Shown one piece after another: positions 20,578 through 30,774 of a stretch of DNA of 64,000 nucleotides (positions are counted from its first letter, which is position 1; the number at the start of each line of letters is the position of its first letter). Below the pieces are notes generated by a model. That model was not told where the DNA came from and made no database searches. It was given only the letters and a program-made list of their open reading frames with translations. The stretch spans positions 1 to 64,000 of the forward strand of contig CAXXTH010000006.1 of assembly GCA_963668025.2 (NCBI GenBank). Direction: 5' to 3'. The translations under genes were made by a program, and so were the position numbers. Origin of the DNA: Candidatus Hydrogenedentota bacterium. Its GTDB lineage: Bacteria > Hydrogenedentota > Hydrogenedentia > Hydrogenedentales > SLHB01.

Positions 20578-22122
20578 ATGAAACAGTGGTCTCTTCGCCG
20601 CAAACTCGTGCTTGCTGGAGTCCTTCTGCCTTCCGTATTGGTCGCAGCGTTATTCCTCATGTATTTCATGCAATCAAGAGAAAAGACCCGGCAAGCCTAT
20701 ATCGACAAAGCGAGGAGCATCTGCCTTTTGACGGAAGGCGCTCGAGAAGCGATGGATGAAAAGTGGGCGGCAGGTGTGTTCACGCCAGCAATGCTTAAGG
20801 CATGGGCTGAATCGGGCGAGAGCGGCAAGCTGTTGGACGCGGTGCCTGTGGTTTCCGCTTGGAAAGGCGCCATGGCCAAGGCCGAAGCAGGGGATTACAC
20901 ATTCCGCGTGCCCAAATTCGAACCGCGCAACAAAGCCAATGAACCGGCGGAGCTCGAAGCGCAAGCGCTTAACTTTATGTCGAGCAATAATACAGATGAA
21001 TACCAAATCCTGGATAAAAAAGATAATGCAATCCGTTATTTCAGAGCCATCCGCCTTACAGAATCCTGCCTGATATGCCATGGTGATCCGGCTACATCGC
21101 AAAGCTTATGGGGGAATGATCAGGGCCTAGATCCCACCAAAGCCAAGATGGAGAATTGGAAAACGGGCGAAGTGCATGGGGCGTTCGAAGTGGTGCAATA
21201 TCTTGCCGCCGCCGATACGGAGCTTCGCCGTTCCATGATGCTTGGCGCTGGCGTATCGCTTCTTGCCTTATTCACCTTTGCGGCGATTTTCATCCTGTTG
21301 GTGATCCAATCCGTTGAAAAACCCATCGCGAAAATCACAAACGCCCTCAATGAAGGCGCCACCCAGGTGGCGTCTGCTTCCGACCAAGTGGCTCAAACCA
21401 GCACGGCCATCGCGGGTGGCGCAAGCGAACAGGCTGGGTCGCTGCAGCAATCGTCAGATGCCCTGGGCCATCTTACCCATATGACTCAGAAGAATGCCGA
21501 ACGTTCCCAGCGTGCAGACGCCTTAGCGCAAGAAATGAGCAAGGCCGCGATTGAAGGGCAGCAATTCATGGGGCAAATGAATACGTCCATCGCCGCCATG
21601 AAATCTGCCGCCGATGAAACGGTCCGCATTGTAAAATCAATCGACGAAGTGGCGTTCCAGACAAATCTGCTCGCCCTCAACGCCGCCGTCGAGGCGGCCC
21701 GGGCTGGCGAGGCAGGCAAAGGCTTCGCCGTGGTGGCGGAAGAAGTGCGCAGCTTGGCCTTGCGCAGCGCCGAGGCCGCGAAATATACGAGCAACGCCAT
21801 TGCCGAATCACAGAAAAGCGTTACCCATAGCATGCAGATGGCCGATAATGCGCGGGAAGTGTTGTCCCAAATCGCCAAGCGCGTCGAGGAAGTCTCCGCC
21901 ATCGTGGCCGAAGTCGCCCAGGCCAGCACGGAGCAGGCGCGCGGCCTCAATGACTTGAATCGCACGGTTACGGATATGGACCGGGTCACGCAGAGCAACG
22001 CGGCGAGTGCGGAGGAAACTGCATCGGCCAGCGAGCAGCTCTCGGCTCAAGCCCGCGAGCTCAGCACCCTTGTCGAGTCGCTCGTGGACATTGTCATGGG
22101 TACGGAAAAAGGTGTCGCGTAA
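20578..22122 (+). CDS. Methyl-accepting chemotaxis protein with periplasmic c-type heme (DUF3365-like) sensor
   Basis: TM, periplasmic 'CLICH', TM, then MCP hairpin '[31 protein letters not shown]'. Confidence 0.92.
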   Translation: MKQWSLRRKLVLAGVLLPSVLVAALFLMYFMQSREKTRQAYIDKARSICLLTEGAREAMDEKWAAGVFTPAMLKAWAESGESGKLLDAVPVVSAWKGAMAKAEAGDYTFRVPKFEPRNKANEPAELEAQALNFMSSNNTDEYQILDKKDNAIRYFRAIRLTESCLICHGDPATSQSLWGNDQGLDPTKAKMENWKTGEVHGAFEVVQYLAAADTELRRSMMLGAGVSLLALFTFAAIFILLVIQSVEKPIAKITNALNEGATQVASASDQVAQTSTAIAGGASEQAGSLQQSSDALGHLTHMTQKNAERSQRADALAQEMSKAAIEGQQFMGQMNTSIAAMKSAADETVRIVKSIDEVAFQTNLLALNAAVEAARAGEAGKGFAVVAEEVRSLALRSAEAAKYTSNAIAESQKSVTHSMQMADNAREVLSQIAKRVEEVSAIVAEVAQASTEQARGLNDLNRTVTDMDRVTQSNAASAEETASASEQLSAQARELSTLVESLVDIVMGTEKGVA

Positions 22123-22135
22123 TGCAGCCGCCACA

Positions 22136-23422
22136 CTAACGCCGGGGCTTCCAATCGGGACAAAACCGCGCCAGTGTTCCTGGGCGAATGCAACCCGATT
22201 CACATATATCCTTGTAGAGAAATGCACTGGGATTAGGCGTCCGGGCCAAGGTTTTCCAGTCCACATACACCAATCCCCGGCGGACGGAATAACCGCTGGC
22301 CCACTCGAAACCATCCAGAAATGGGCCGTAGCAATATCCCCTGATGTTGAGCCCCGCGTCTAAGGCATGCTGGATTCCCGTGATCTCATCCAGAAGGCGC
22401 GACCGGCGCAGGCCGTCATCTCCACCTGTGCCGCGGCCAGTAATCAGAATAGGCGCGCCATATTCGGAAATGCGGCGTACTAATGGCTCGAAGCCATCCG
22501 GCGAGGGCGTGCATGCCATGGGCGGCTGGGCATGGCCCTCCGCATCCACTAGCCTGGTGAATAGGCGCGCGGGCCGCCATGGGCTAAAGCGAATCATTTC
22601 CATTCCCGTGTAGGAGAGTCCAATGAAATCAGGCGTAGTCCGCCCTTCCTGCTTCCGCCGCAAGGGCCAGCGGCCTTTGAAGGCGGCATCCAGCAGCAAT
22701 TGATTGTTGCGCCATTCCTCCCGCTGGGCGGCGCGCACATCCCAAGCATTTTCTGGATCAAAAGGCGCGAACGAACGTCCGAGAATGGATAGCCCCACCT
22801 GCACGTCATCGCGATAATGACGCAATATGACGCTCGAGCGGGCTTGGGCTTCAGCAATACGCTGCACGGCACGCAGGGAGCGTGGCAAACTCGACACCCC
22901 TGGCGGCCATAAGCCTTCCATATAGCCCATGGACACCAGATGCATCGGCTCCAAAAACGGAAACCACCAGCGGCAGCGGGGCGTCCATGCCGCCGCCACG
23001 TAGTCTACATATCGGGCGAACAGGCGCGGGGTTTCCTGGTTGCTCCAGCCATATTTGGCGGTAAACCAATAAGGCGCGGCTACATGGCAAAGGGCGCATA
23101 TCGGTTCGAGCCCCGCAGCACGAATAGCGTCGAGCACTTCTATGTAATGAGCCAAAGCGCTGGGATCAAAGCATCCTTCCTCTGGCTCGATCCGGCTCCA
23201 CTCCGTTACGACGAGAAGCGCGTTCAGGCCCAGCTTGCGGGCCAGCTCCACATCCTGTGCGTACCGCTCGAAATGGCCCGCCGCAATGCGCGACGTGTCC
23301 TCATTGCGTACGCGCCGGGGCCGCTGTTCCCAGCGCCACCAATCACTGTGGAAATTGCCTCCCTCCACCGCATGGCCTAAAAGCGCGCCCCCCCATAAAA
23401 AAGCATCTGGAAATATCTGCAT
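22136..23422 (-). CDS. GH1 family protein with degenerate catalytic motifs
   Basis: 'FPDAFLWG', 'EWSRIEP', 'DGFEWASGY'; NEP appears as LEP and ITENG as ITGRG. Confidence 0.88.
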   Translation of the reverse strand: MQIFPDAFLWGGALLGHAVEGGNFHSDWWRWEQRPRRVRNEDTSRIAAGHFERYAQDVELARKLGLNALLVVTEWSRIEPEEGCFDPSALAHYIEVLDAIRAAGLEPICALCHVAAPYWFTAKYGWSNQETPRLFARYVDYVAAAWTPRCRWWFPFLEPMHLVSMGYMEGLWPPGVSSLPRSLRAVQRIAEAQARSSVILRHYRDDVQVGLSILGRSFAPFDPENAWDVRAAQREEWRNNQLLLDAAFKGRWPLRRKQEGRTTPDFIGLSYTGMEMIRFSPWRPARLFTRLVDAEGHAQPPMACTPSPDGFEPLVRRISEYGAPILITGRGTGGDDGLRRSRLLDEITGIQHALDAGLNIRGYCYGPFLDGFEWASGYSVRRGLVYVDWKTLARTPNPSAFLYKDICESGCIRPGTLARFCPDWKPRR

Positions 23423-23498
23423 TCGGCTCTTCCTGAATATAAGTACAGTAAAAATACATCTTATGATACCATGGGAAACAAGAAGGAAAAAGCTATCC

Positions 23499-24440
23499 AT
23501 GTGTAATGATGCTCATATCCTGTTAGCGCTCCAGCTCACACCCGGCGGCGGGCGCACGGCGATACACAAAATTTGTGCGATCGCATCGCGTGCAGGCATG
23601 TCCATCGAAACACTGGCAAGCCTCACGCCTCATGCGCTGGCCAGTGTAGCAGGCGGAAGCGAAGGCGCATTGGCAGGTTTTGTACAGCGTTGCGGGCAGG
23701 CCCAGCGAGGCCAAGCGGAGCGGCTGTTGCACGCCGTGCATAAAGCAGGTGGGCGCGCTATGCCCATCACCTCCACCGAATACCCCGTTTCGATACGGGA
23801 GGCGTTGCGGCATCTTGCCCCTCCATTGTTATTTTTACGCGGCCATGATGCGTTAGTAGAGCAGCCTTGCGCGGCCATCGTGGGAGCCCGGCGCATATCC
23901 TCCATTGGAGCGCACTATGCCGCCGCGTGTGCGGGCATACTCGCTGCATTGGGCGTTCCCATCGTGAGCGGCGGCGCGGCGGGCGCGGACACCGCAGCCC
24001 ACCAGGAAGCCCTCGAAGAAGGCGGGAGCACCATGGTGGCGCTCCCGCAAGGCCTGCTCACATATCAGCCGCCTCGTTATCTCGAAGCTGCCATGGATGA
24101 AGGGCGGGCTTTGCTGCTCAGTGAATTCGCGCCAGACGCGCCTTGGGAGATTCCCTCCGCTGTAACCCGAAACGCCACCATCAGCGCTCTCGCGCGCCTG
24201 GTATGCGTGTTCGAGCCTCGCAAGGCCGGAGGCAGCATTCGCACGGCCCGTTGCGCCCTTGAACAAGGGAAACCTGTTCTGGTGTATTGTGCGCCGGATT
24301 GCGCCCCTGTCGCGTACATGCTCCGCCAGGCAGGCGCTGTCGATTTGGTTTTGAATGAAAAAGGAGTAGAGCCTATTGCTCTAGCAGATGCCTGGCGCAC
24401 CGCACGGCCCTCATTTGCACGCCAGGCGGAGTTATTTTGA
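23499..24440 (+). CDS. dprA: DNA-processing protein DprA/Smf
   Basis: 'PPLLFLRG', 'AIVGAR', 'IVSGGAAGADTAAH', 'LLLSEF', 'RNATISALA'; start refined. Confidence 0.9.
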   Translation: MCNDAHILLALQLTPGGGRTAIHKICAIASRAGMSIETLASLTPHALASVAGGSEGALAGFVQRCGQAQRGQAERLLHAVHKAGGRAMPITSTEYPVSIREALRHLAPPLLFLRGHDALVEQPCAAIVGARRISSIGAHYAAACAGILAALGVPIVSGGAAGADTAAHQEALEEGGSTMVALPQGLLTYQPPRYLEAAMDEGRALLLSEFAPDAPWEIPSAVTRNATISALARLVCVFEPRKAGGSIRTARCALEQGKPVLVYCAPDCAPVAYMLRQAGAVDLVLNEKGVEPIALADAWRTARPSFARQAELF

Positions 24441-24497
24441 GCTTCCGAAAACTCCCAGCGCCTCGGTTATGCTCTGAAGCGTAGGCTGGAGGCCTGC

Positions 24498-25667
24498 TCA
24501 TATTGAGCGGATACCGGCATAAACATCCCGAAGCGCGGCCGTAAACCGTCCCAGTCCGAAGCGCTCCACGGCGCGAGCGCGAGCGTTAACCCCTAATGCG
24601 GCGCGGCGGGCTGGTTCGAGGATCAATCCCTTCAACGCGGCATGCAGCGATACGAAGTCGTTGGGCTGGCAAAGAAGGGCGCAGTCTCCAGCGATCTCGG
24701 GGATGGACCCGCTCCAGGTGGTGATGGCGGGAATGCCGCAGGACATGGCTTCAATAAGCGACATCCCGAATTGCTCCTGCCATTCCGGCGTGGCGATGCT
24801 CGGTAAAACGAATGCATCCGAAGAGCGGAAGTAGGCAGGCATGCGCTCATACGGAACAGAGCCTGTGAAGGTGCAATGCGCGCCCAATTCGAGCCGGGCG
24901 ATTAGGGCTTCTATACGTTCGCGGCCCGGCCCTGACCCTACCATCACCAGCCGCAAGGGTGTTTTTTTCAGGTCCGCGTCGTTCAACAGTTCACGCAACG
25001 CGAGCAGTAGAAAATCGAGTCCCTTGCGCGGCAGGCACCAGCCCACAAAGAGAATCACGAATTCTTCTTCGCACCAACCTAGCACGGTGCGTTCGCGCGG
25101 CCCTGGACTAAACATTTCCGTATCTACCCCGGGCTCCATAAAATGCACCTTCTTCGCGGGCGCGCCTTCTAGAAGCAGCATGCGGCGGGAGCGTTCGCTG
25201 TGGATGATGAACGCATCTGCTTCGGCAAGCGCACGGCGCTTGCGCGCCTGGAGCAGCGGCGTGCGCTCCATGTTGAAGGCGATGTTGTCCCAGACCATGG
25301 CCGCCACGGGGATGTGGAATCTCCGGCGCGCCTCGATGGCCTCGGCGGTCCAATCCGTGAACAGCTCCCACGTCTGGATAAGGCCGAAGCCATCAAGCTG
25401 TTCCGCGAACGGCAGGATGCGGGGCGGGCGTCCGAACAAGCGATTTTGCATGCGCCGGAGCGCGCGGAGCGGGCCAGAATGCGTGTCGAAATGGATCGGC
25501 GTTGTTGGCAGCGAAAACGCCGCGCCGCCTTGTTCGAGGAAATAGCGTTGAATTTCCGAGTCCGCGCGAAAGGCCACTGGCTCGAATCCATCAAGCTGGG
25601 CGTAGGCGCGCAGATGCCATGGATTGAATCGGTTGCCGATGAGCAAAGCGAGTTTCATGGGGCCCAT
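24498..25667 (-). CDS. GT4 family glycosyltransferase
   Basis: 'LFVG...RKG', 'WQEQFGMSLIEAMSCGIP'; start refined to just after the upstream stop. Confidence 0.92.
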   Translation of the reverse strand: MGPMKLALLIGNRFNPWHLRAYAQLDGFEPVAFRADSEIQRYFLEQGGAAFSLPTTPIHFDTHSGPLRALRRMQNRLFGRPPRILPFAEQLDGFGLIQTWELFTDWTAEAIEARRRFHIPVAAMVWDNIAFNMERTPLLQARKRRALAEADAFIIHSERSRRMLLLEGAPAKKVHFMEPGVDTEMFSPGPRERTVLGWCEEEFVILFVGWCLPRKGLDFLLLALRELLNDADLKKTPLRLVMVGSGPGRERIEALIARLELGAHCTFTGSVPYERMPAYFRSSDAFVLPSIATPEWQEQFGMSLIEAMSCGIPAITTWSGSIPEIAGDCALLCQPNDFVSLHAALKGLILEPARRAALGVNARARAVERFGLGRFTAALRDVYAGIRSI

Positions 25668-25668
25668 G

Positions 25669-26187
25669 TCACGGCTTCCCCCAGAAACGCGCTTCCAGCA
25701 CTTTGCGCGCCGCCTCCTTATCGAGCGGGATATCAATATGCCGGTCGCGGCATTTTTGCTCGTATTCCTCGATGGTGCAAATGACGCGGGCCGGATTGCC
25801 CGCAGCCACCGCGCCGGGCGGCACGTCCTTCGTGACGACGCTTCCCGCACCGACAACGGAATTGGGGCCAATGATGACGTTGGGAAGGATGGTCACATTG
25901 ACGCCGATCTGCGAGTTGTCACGGATCTCGATGGGGCCAAAGGCGGTGAGGGATTCATACTTATCCTGGAACGGCCACGTAAGGTTGTGGTTGACGAAGG
26001 TCACGTCATTCGAGATGCAGACATGCGCGCCGATGCGGATAAGCCACGGCTCCGAACCGAAACTGCTCGTGTAGATACGGCAGCGCTCACCCACCTGGAC
26101 GCCCATCTCGCGCAAAGTGCGGATGATGGTCTCCTGCGAACCATAACGCAGTTTAAGCTTTTGGATGATGCGTTTAAATCCCATCAC
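25669..26187 (-). CDS. Hexapeptide-repeat acyltransferase
   Basis: 'IGPNSVVGAGSVVTKDVP...GNPARVI'. Confidence 0.92.
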   Translation of the reverse strand: MMGFKRIIQKLKLRYGSQETIIRTLREMGVQVGERCRIYTSSFGSEPWLIRIGAHVCISNDVTFVNHNLTWPFQDKYESLTAFGPIEIRDNSQIGVNVTILPNVIIGPNSVVGAGSVVTKDVPPGAVAAGNPARVICTIEEYEQKCRDRHIDIPLDKEAARKVLEARFWGKP

Positions 26188-26972
26188 CGCCCGCCTTTCG
26201 CCACGTCAAAGCGCCAAAATCCATGCAAGCTCGCACCTGGCCACATACGGGCGATGGCGGGGCCTGCGCCCGTAAAGAACCGCTGCAAGCGGAACAGCGC
26301 CCATTCGGGCATACGCCGGTGGGCCATCCAAGGGCACAGCCCCAGGCCCGTTTCCGGACCATACCCGATGTGCCTTGCCTGCTCGAATCCCGCCCGGCGG
26401 AACACGTTCCGCACACGGCGGCCCGTGAGGAAGTGTTCGAGCTCCTGTGGCTGCCACTGGCGGAAGGGCGCCCAGGTGTGTGGAGTGTAGCCGCCCACCG
26501 TTTCGCACCACGCCTTCACCACGCCCGCCATGTTCGCGTAATTCGGCGCACTGAGAAACACGAAACCGTTGGGCTTCAGCACGCGCCAGAATTCCCTTGC
26601 CGCCGCATACGGGTCCGGAAAATGCTCGAAAGCATCGAGGCAAAATACGCCGTCAAACGCACAGTCCGCGAAGGGCAGCCGCTGCGCGTCGGCTGCGGCC
26701 AGCCGGAAACCCGCACGGCTCACCACCAAGTCGGCCCCCGTATAGGAGCCGCCCAGTGATTCCACCACGCCGCCCGTAAAACCCCGCCCACAGCCCACAT
26801 CCAAAATGGCCCGGCCCTGTACTTGGATGCCGAGGCGTTCCAGCACGCTCGCGAGCAGCTCCCCCTGCACGCCTTCCACGCCGCCGAAGGGCGAACTGAC
26901 CATTAACGGATTAGCCTCGTAATACCGGCGAATTGCCTTTCTATCCTCGGCTGCTGTGCGCGGCGTCGTCAT
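26184..26972 (-). CDS. Class I SAM-dependent methyltransferase
   Basis: 'ILDVGCGRG', 'DAQRLPFADCAFD', 'RVLKPNG'; 4-bp overlaps with both neighbours. Confidence 0.9.
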   Translation of the reverse strand: MTTPRTAAEDRKAIRRYYEANPLMVSSPFGGVEGVQGELLASVLERLGIQVQGRAILDVGCGRGFTGGVVESLGGSYTGADLVVSRAGFRLAAADAQRLPFADCAFDGVFCLDAFEHFPDPYAAAREFWRVLKPNGFVFLSAPNYANMAGVVKAWCETVGGYTPHTWAPFRQWQPQELEHFLTGRRVRNVFRRAGFEQARHIGYGPETGLGLCPWMAHRRMPEWALFRLQRFFTGAGPAIARMWPGASLHGFWRFDVAKGGR

Positions 26973-28417
26973 CCGCGTCCGCCCCCTATGAGGCCAGAAG
27001 ACCGCACCATGTCGAGCCAGAAAAGAAATGCATCCATATAATTCCGCATCACGGCGGGATGACGGCAATTCCATAACGCCCGCATCCAATACCTCGGGCG
27101 CAGGTAATATTTCATGTACGCCCAGCGCACCAACTGGTGGAGTTCCTCCGGGGTCGTATATGCCGAAGCGAGGAACTGGGGGAAATGCTGCTGGTGCTCG
27201 AGTTCGAGGACGCGCCCTTCCTGCCGTGCGATGGCCTCTATGGCCGTGCCTGGCTGGAGGCGGAAGGGGAAGAACATCATCCAGTCCGCGTTGAGTTTGC
27301 AGGCGAACCGGACGGATTCCATGGCCATCTCGCGCGTTTCCTTCGGGAAACCCAGGATGAATGAGCCGCGCGCCTCGAGCCCCGCCTCGCGCGCCCAGCG
27401 CATGGCGTTGCGCATCTGTTCGAGGGTGATGCCCTTATTCACGAAATCGAGCGTTTCCTGTACTCCCGACTCGAAGCCATAATACACATTGTAGCAACCC
27501 GAGCGGGCCACGCGCTGAAGCATCTCGCGCGTCACCACATTGACGCGTCCATAACACGACCACGTCAGATCGAGCTTCTCCGCATCGAGCAAATCGCAAA
27601 ATTCCTCGATCCACGGCGGATTCACCAAAAACGTGTCGTCCCAAAACGCCACCTCGCGGAAGCCACGCTCCCGTACGAGATGCGCCAGCTCCTCGACCAC
27701 ATTGGCGGGCGAGCGGCGGCGGAATCGTGGCGAATAGAGTCCGCTCTGGTAGCAGAACGTGCATTTGCCCCAGGCGCATCCGCGCGAGGTGATGACCGAA
27801 GTCGATGGCGAACGCCGGGCCTGGTTGGGCAAAGGACGATACAGATACCGCTCGTAGATATGCCGCGCGGGATGGGGAAGTTCATCCAGGTTTTTGAGCG
27901 CCGGCGCGGGGCCCGTATTCACTATCTGGCCATCCGCGCCCCGGTATAGCAGCCCCGGCAAGTCATCGTACGCCGCGCCCTGGCTGAGGCGGTCCACCAA
28001 GTCCGCCAGCGTGCGCTCCGCCTCCCCCGGAACGACGATATCCACTTCAGGGCATTCATCGAGAATGGCGGCATGAAACGAAATGGCATGAGGCCCGCCC
28101 AGCACCACCGGCAACCGGGGCGCACGGGCTTTCAATTCGCGCGCCACCGCGTACGCGGATGGGGCGTAAATGCTGATGGCCGAGATGCCCGCCACATCGG
28201 GATTATCGGCCAGCATGGCTTCCGCCGCCTCGGCGGGATCAAGCGCCATGATCTGGGCGTCAATCAGCGAGGCCGTATGGCCGCGCGCCTCGAGCGACGC
28301 CGCCAAATAGCCCACCCCAAGGGAAGGCATATATCCCCGTGACATTTTCCGCCTGCTGCCCAGCGACCGGGCCACATCATACGGCGGCAGGACGAATACT
28401 ACTTTCAAGGGCCTCAT
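26969..28417 (-). CDS. B12-binding radical SAM protein
   Basis: Cobalamin-binding N-terminus ('PSLGVGYLAA', 'VLGGPHA', 'GEAE'); 'SRGCAWGKCTFC'. Confidence 0.92.
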   Translation of the reverse strand: MRPLKVVFVLPPYDVARSLGSRRKMSRGYMPSLGVGYLAASLEARGHTASLIDAQIMALDPAEAAEAMLADNPDVAGISAISIYAPSAYAVARELKARAPRLPVVLGGPHAISFHAAILDECPEVDIVVPGEAERTLADLVDRLSQGAAYDDLPGLLYRGADGQIVNTGPAPALKNLDELPHPARHIYERYLYRPLPNQARRSPSTSVITSRGCAWGKCTFCYQSGLYSPRFRRRSPANVVEELAHLVRERGFREVAFWDDTFLVNPPWIEEFCDLLDAEKLDLTWSCYGRVNVVTREMLQRVARSGCYNVYYGFESGVQETLDFVNKGITLEQMRNAMRWAREAGLEARGSFILGFPKETREMAMESVRFACKLNADWMMFFPFRLQPGTAIEAIARQEGRVLELEHQQHFPQFLASAYTTPEELHQLVRWAYMKYYLRPRYWMRALWNCRHPAVMRNYMDAFLFWLDMVRSSGLIGGGRG

Positions 28418-28575
28418 GGCCTCCTACTGTTTTAATTTCGCGACAAAACGGCGCGTCCCTCTATTTTCCACGTTTTGCACGGTACGATCAATGGGAGGAA
28501 TAAACAAAAACGTGAAATACAATTGGATTGCTTGCGAGGGATGTCATCGTGGCTGGTGCGCCGTGGCTTATATAG

Positions 28576-28608
28576 TATCTTGCATTGCAAGGTAGTTTGT
28601 GCTACCAT
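28576..28608 (+). promoter_or_regulatory. Putative padR promoter overlapped by a palindromic operator
   Basis: TATCTTGCA-T-TGCAAGGTA imperfect palindrome (28576-28594) over TTGCAT-17-TACCAT with TG extension; ATG follows the -10 after 6 nt. Confidence 0.65.
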
Positions 28609-28614
28609 CTACTC

Positions 28615-28986
28615 ATGAACCATCCACCAGATACGCCAGGCTTGGACAACTGGACCACCCAGCTCCGGAAAGGTTTGCTGGAACTGTGCATCATGAACCT
28701 GCTTAGTCTCGGCAACTTATACGGTTATGACCTTGTGAAGCGGTTGGCGGTGGTGGACGGATTGGTCACGACGGAAGGTACGGTGTATCCATTGCTGGCG
28801 CGGCTGAAGAAGGCGGGGCTCGTTCATACGCGCTTGGAGGAATCCTCCTCGGGCCCCGCGCGCAAATACTACGCATTGACGCCGGAAGGGCGGCGGGTTC
28901 GGGCGGCGATGAATGCCTATTGGGGTGAATTGGCCGGGGCGGTCCGGTCGCTACAGGAGAACGGTGATGATGGAATGGGAGCCTGA
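28615..28986 (+). CDS. PadR family transcriptional regulator
   Basis: 'QLRKGLLELCI', 'YGYDL', 'EGTVYPLLARL', 'GPARKYYALT'. Confidence 0.95.
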   Translation: MNHPPDTPGLDNWTTQLRKGLLELCIMNLLSLGNLYGYDLVKRLAVVDGLVTTEGTVYPLLARLKKAGLVHTRLEESSSGPARKYYALTPEGRRVRAAMNAYWGELAGAVRSLQENGDDGMGA

Positions 28987-29818
28987 TGCGCGGGAGTTTT
29001 TCGAAGGTTATTTGAAGCAGGTGGCGGCTTTGGCGCGCGCCCAAGGCGATGACCCCGAAGAGATCGTGCAAGGCCTGCGGGCCCATGTCGAGTCGGAACT
29101 AGCGGTGGAAGGAGGAGGCCAAGGGACGCTGGAAGCCTTGCGTTCGGTGCTGGAGACGCTGGGGAGGCCGGAAGCGGTCCTCGAATCGCCGCCCGCCGCG
29201 AAATGGGATGCCTCGATCCAGCCGTTAACGGGGAATAAGACGGCGACGCCTTCATCTCGAAAAACCGCCGGACAATCAACGGGCCGATCGTGTCTGTTTT
29301 ATGGCGCGGTGATGTTTGTGGCGTTATGCATCGCCATTGTAGCGATTGTCATTGTAGGCGCCGTCTCCATCTTCGGGGTGAGGACAGCCAAACGTGCGGA
29401 AATACAAGGCCAAGATATCCAGCATGCGTGTATATCCATCCAGGAAGCGGAAGAACACTACCGGTCTTACCGGCCTGGTTGGACGGACAAAGATGGAGAC
29501 CGGATCTCCGACTATGGAACGTTGAAAGAGCTCGCCGCTCAAAAATTGATCTCGGAGGACTTGGTCGATGGCCTCGCCTACGGCTGCAATTTTGTTCTCA
29601 CCCTTGTTCCCAGCGGAACCGAAGGCGGACCCAGCTACCGCCTGGAAACTTATCCCATAGATAAGAGCCAGCCGGGCTATTTCATCCTGGAAGGGAAAAA
29701 CGGCCAATCACATCTGGTAGAAAAAAGTCTGGAAGAGATTACTGAGGTTCCTAGTAATCAGCAGGTAGAGAAAGCAGACCCGGCATCGGAACCACGGAAA
29801 ATGGAATATCTCGGTTAA
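28967..29818 (+). CDS. HAAS-like domain + TM + pilin-like extracytoplasmic domain, paralog 1
   Basis: 'YLKQV...EEIVQGLRAHVESEL...LETLGRPE', one long TM, 'DKDGDRISDYGTLKEL'; overlaps padR. Confidence 0.8.
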   Translation: MMEWEPDAREFFEGYLKQVAALARAQGDDPEEIVQGLRAHVESELAVEGGGQGTLEALRSVLETLGRPEAVLESPPAAKWDASIQPLTGNKTATPSSRKTAGQSTGRSCLFYGAVMFVALCIAIVAIVIVGAVSIFGVRTAKRAEIQGQDIQHACISIQEAEEHYRSYRPGWTDKDGDRISDYGTLKELAAQKLISEDLVDGLAYGCNFVLTLVPSGTEGGPSYRLETYPIDKSQPGYFILEGKNGQSHLVEKSLEEITEVPSNQQVEKADPASEPRKMEYLG

Positions 29819-30772
29819 CAACGATGGGCGCTGAACAGGTCGGCGGTTCGGTCTCTATAGGAGAAGAGTGATGATGGAATGGCATCCTGACGCACAGGAG
29901 TTTTTCGAGGGATACCTCAAACAAGTCATGGCCCTGGCGCATGCTCAAGGCGATGACCCCGAAGAGATCGTGCAAGGCCTGCGGGCCCATGTCGAGTCGG
30001 AACTAGCGGTGGAAGGAGGAGGCCAAGGGACGCTAGAAGCCTTGCGTTCGGTGCTGGAGACGCTGGGGAGGCCGGAAGCGGTCCTCGAATCGCCGCCCGC
30101 CATGCAGCGGGATGCGTCGCGGACGCCGTTATCTGGGAACACGGTTGCACCTCCATTGCCCCCAAAAGCCCGGAATAATTTTCAAGGAAGATCATGCCTC
30201 TTTTATGCCGTGGTCGCATTTTCTCTATTATGTTTAACCTTTATTATAATAGTAGTTGCAGGCCTGATTTTCGTTTTCGGTGTGCGCACGGTTGAGCGTG
30301 TGGAAACATCCAACCCAGACATCCAGCATGCATGCCTATTGATCAGCGAGGCGCAAGAAAAATACAGGTCTAATCAGTCTGATCAGACGGATAAAGACGG
30401 GGATGGCATTTCCGATTATGGAACATTGCAAGAACTTGCAAATGGTTTTTACGTCGATAAAGATTTAGGCGATGGCCTCGCCTACGGCTGCAATTTTGTT
30501 CTCACCCTTGTTCCCAGCGGAACCGAAGGCGGTCCAAGCTATCGCCTTGAAACACAACCGATAGATAAGACGCAATCTGCCTATTTCATCCTGGAAGGGA
30601 AAAACGGCCAATCACATCTGGAAGAAAAAAGTCTGGAAGAGATTACTGAGGTCCCTCGCAATCAACAGGTAGAGAAAGCAGACCCGGCATCGGAACCACA
30701 GAAAATGGAATATCTCGGTTAACAACGATGGGCGCTGAACAGGCCGGCGGTTCGGTCTCTATGGGAGAAGAA
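29042..30772 (+). repeat. Tandem duplication with 904-bp period and mosaic identity
   Basis: 29042-29197 matches 29946-30101; most of 29567-29868 matches 30471-30772, including the intergenic spacer. Confidence 0.9.
29868..30722 (+). CDS. HAAS-like domain + TM + pilin-like domain, paralog 2
   Basis: Same architecture; near-identical DNA blocks to paralog 1 at a 904-bp offset. Confidence 0.8.
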   Translation: MMMEWHPDAQEFFEGYLKQVMALAHAQGDDPEEIVQGLRAHVESELAVEGGGQGTLEALRSVLETLGRPEAVLESPPAMQRDASRTPLSGNTVAPPLPPKARNNFQGRSCLFYAVVAFSLLCLTFIIIVVAGLIFVFGVRTVERVETSNPDIQHACLLISEAQEKYRSNQSDQTDKDGDGISDYGTLQELANGFYVDKDLGDGLAYGCNFVLTLVPSGTEGGPSYRLETQPIDKTQSAYFILEGKNGQSHLEEKSLEEITEVPRNQQVEKADPASEPQKMEYLG

Positions 30773-30774
30773 CG

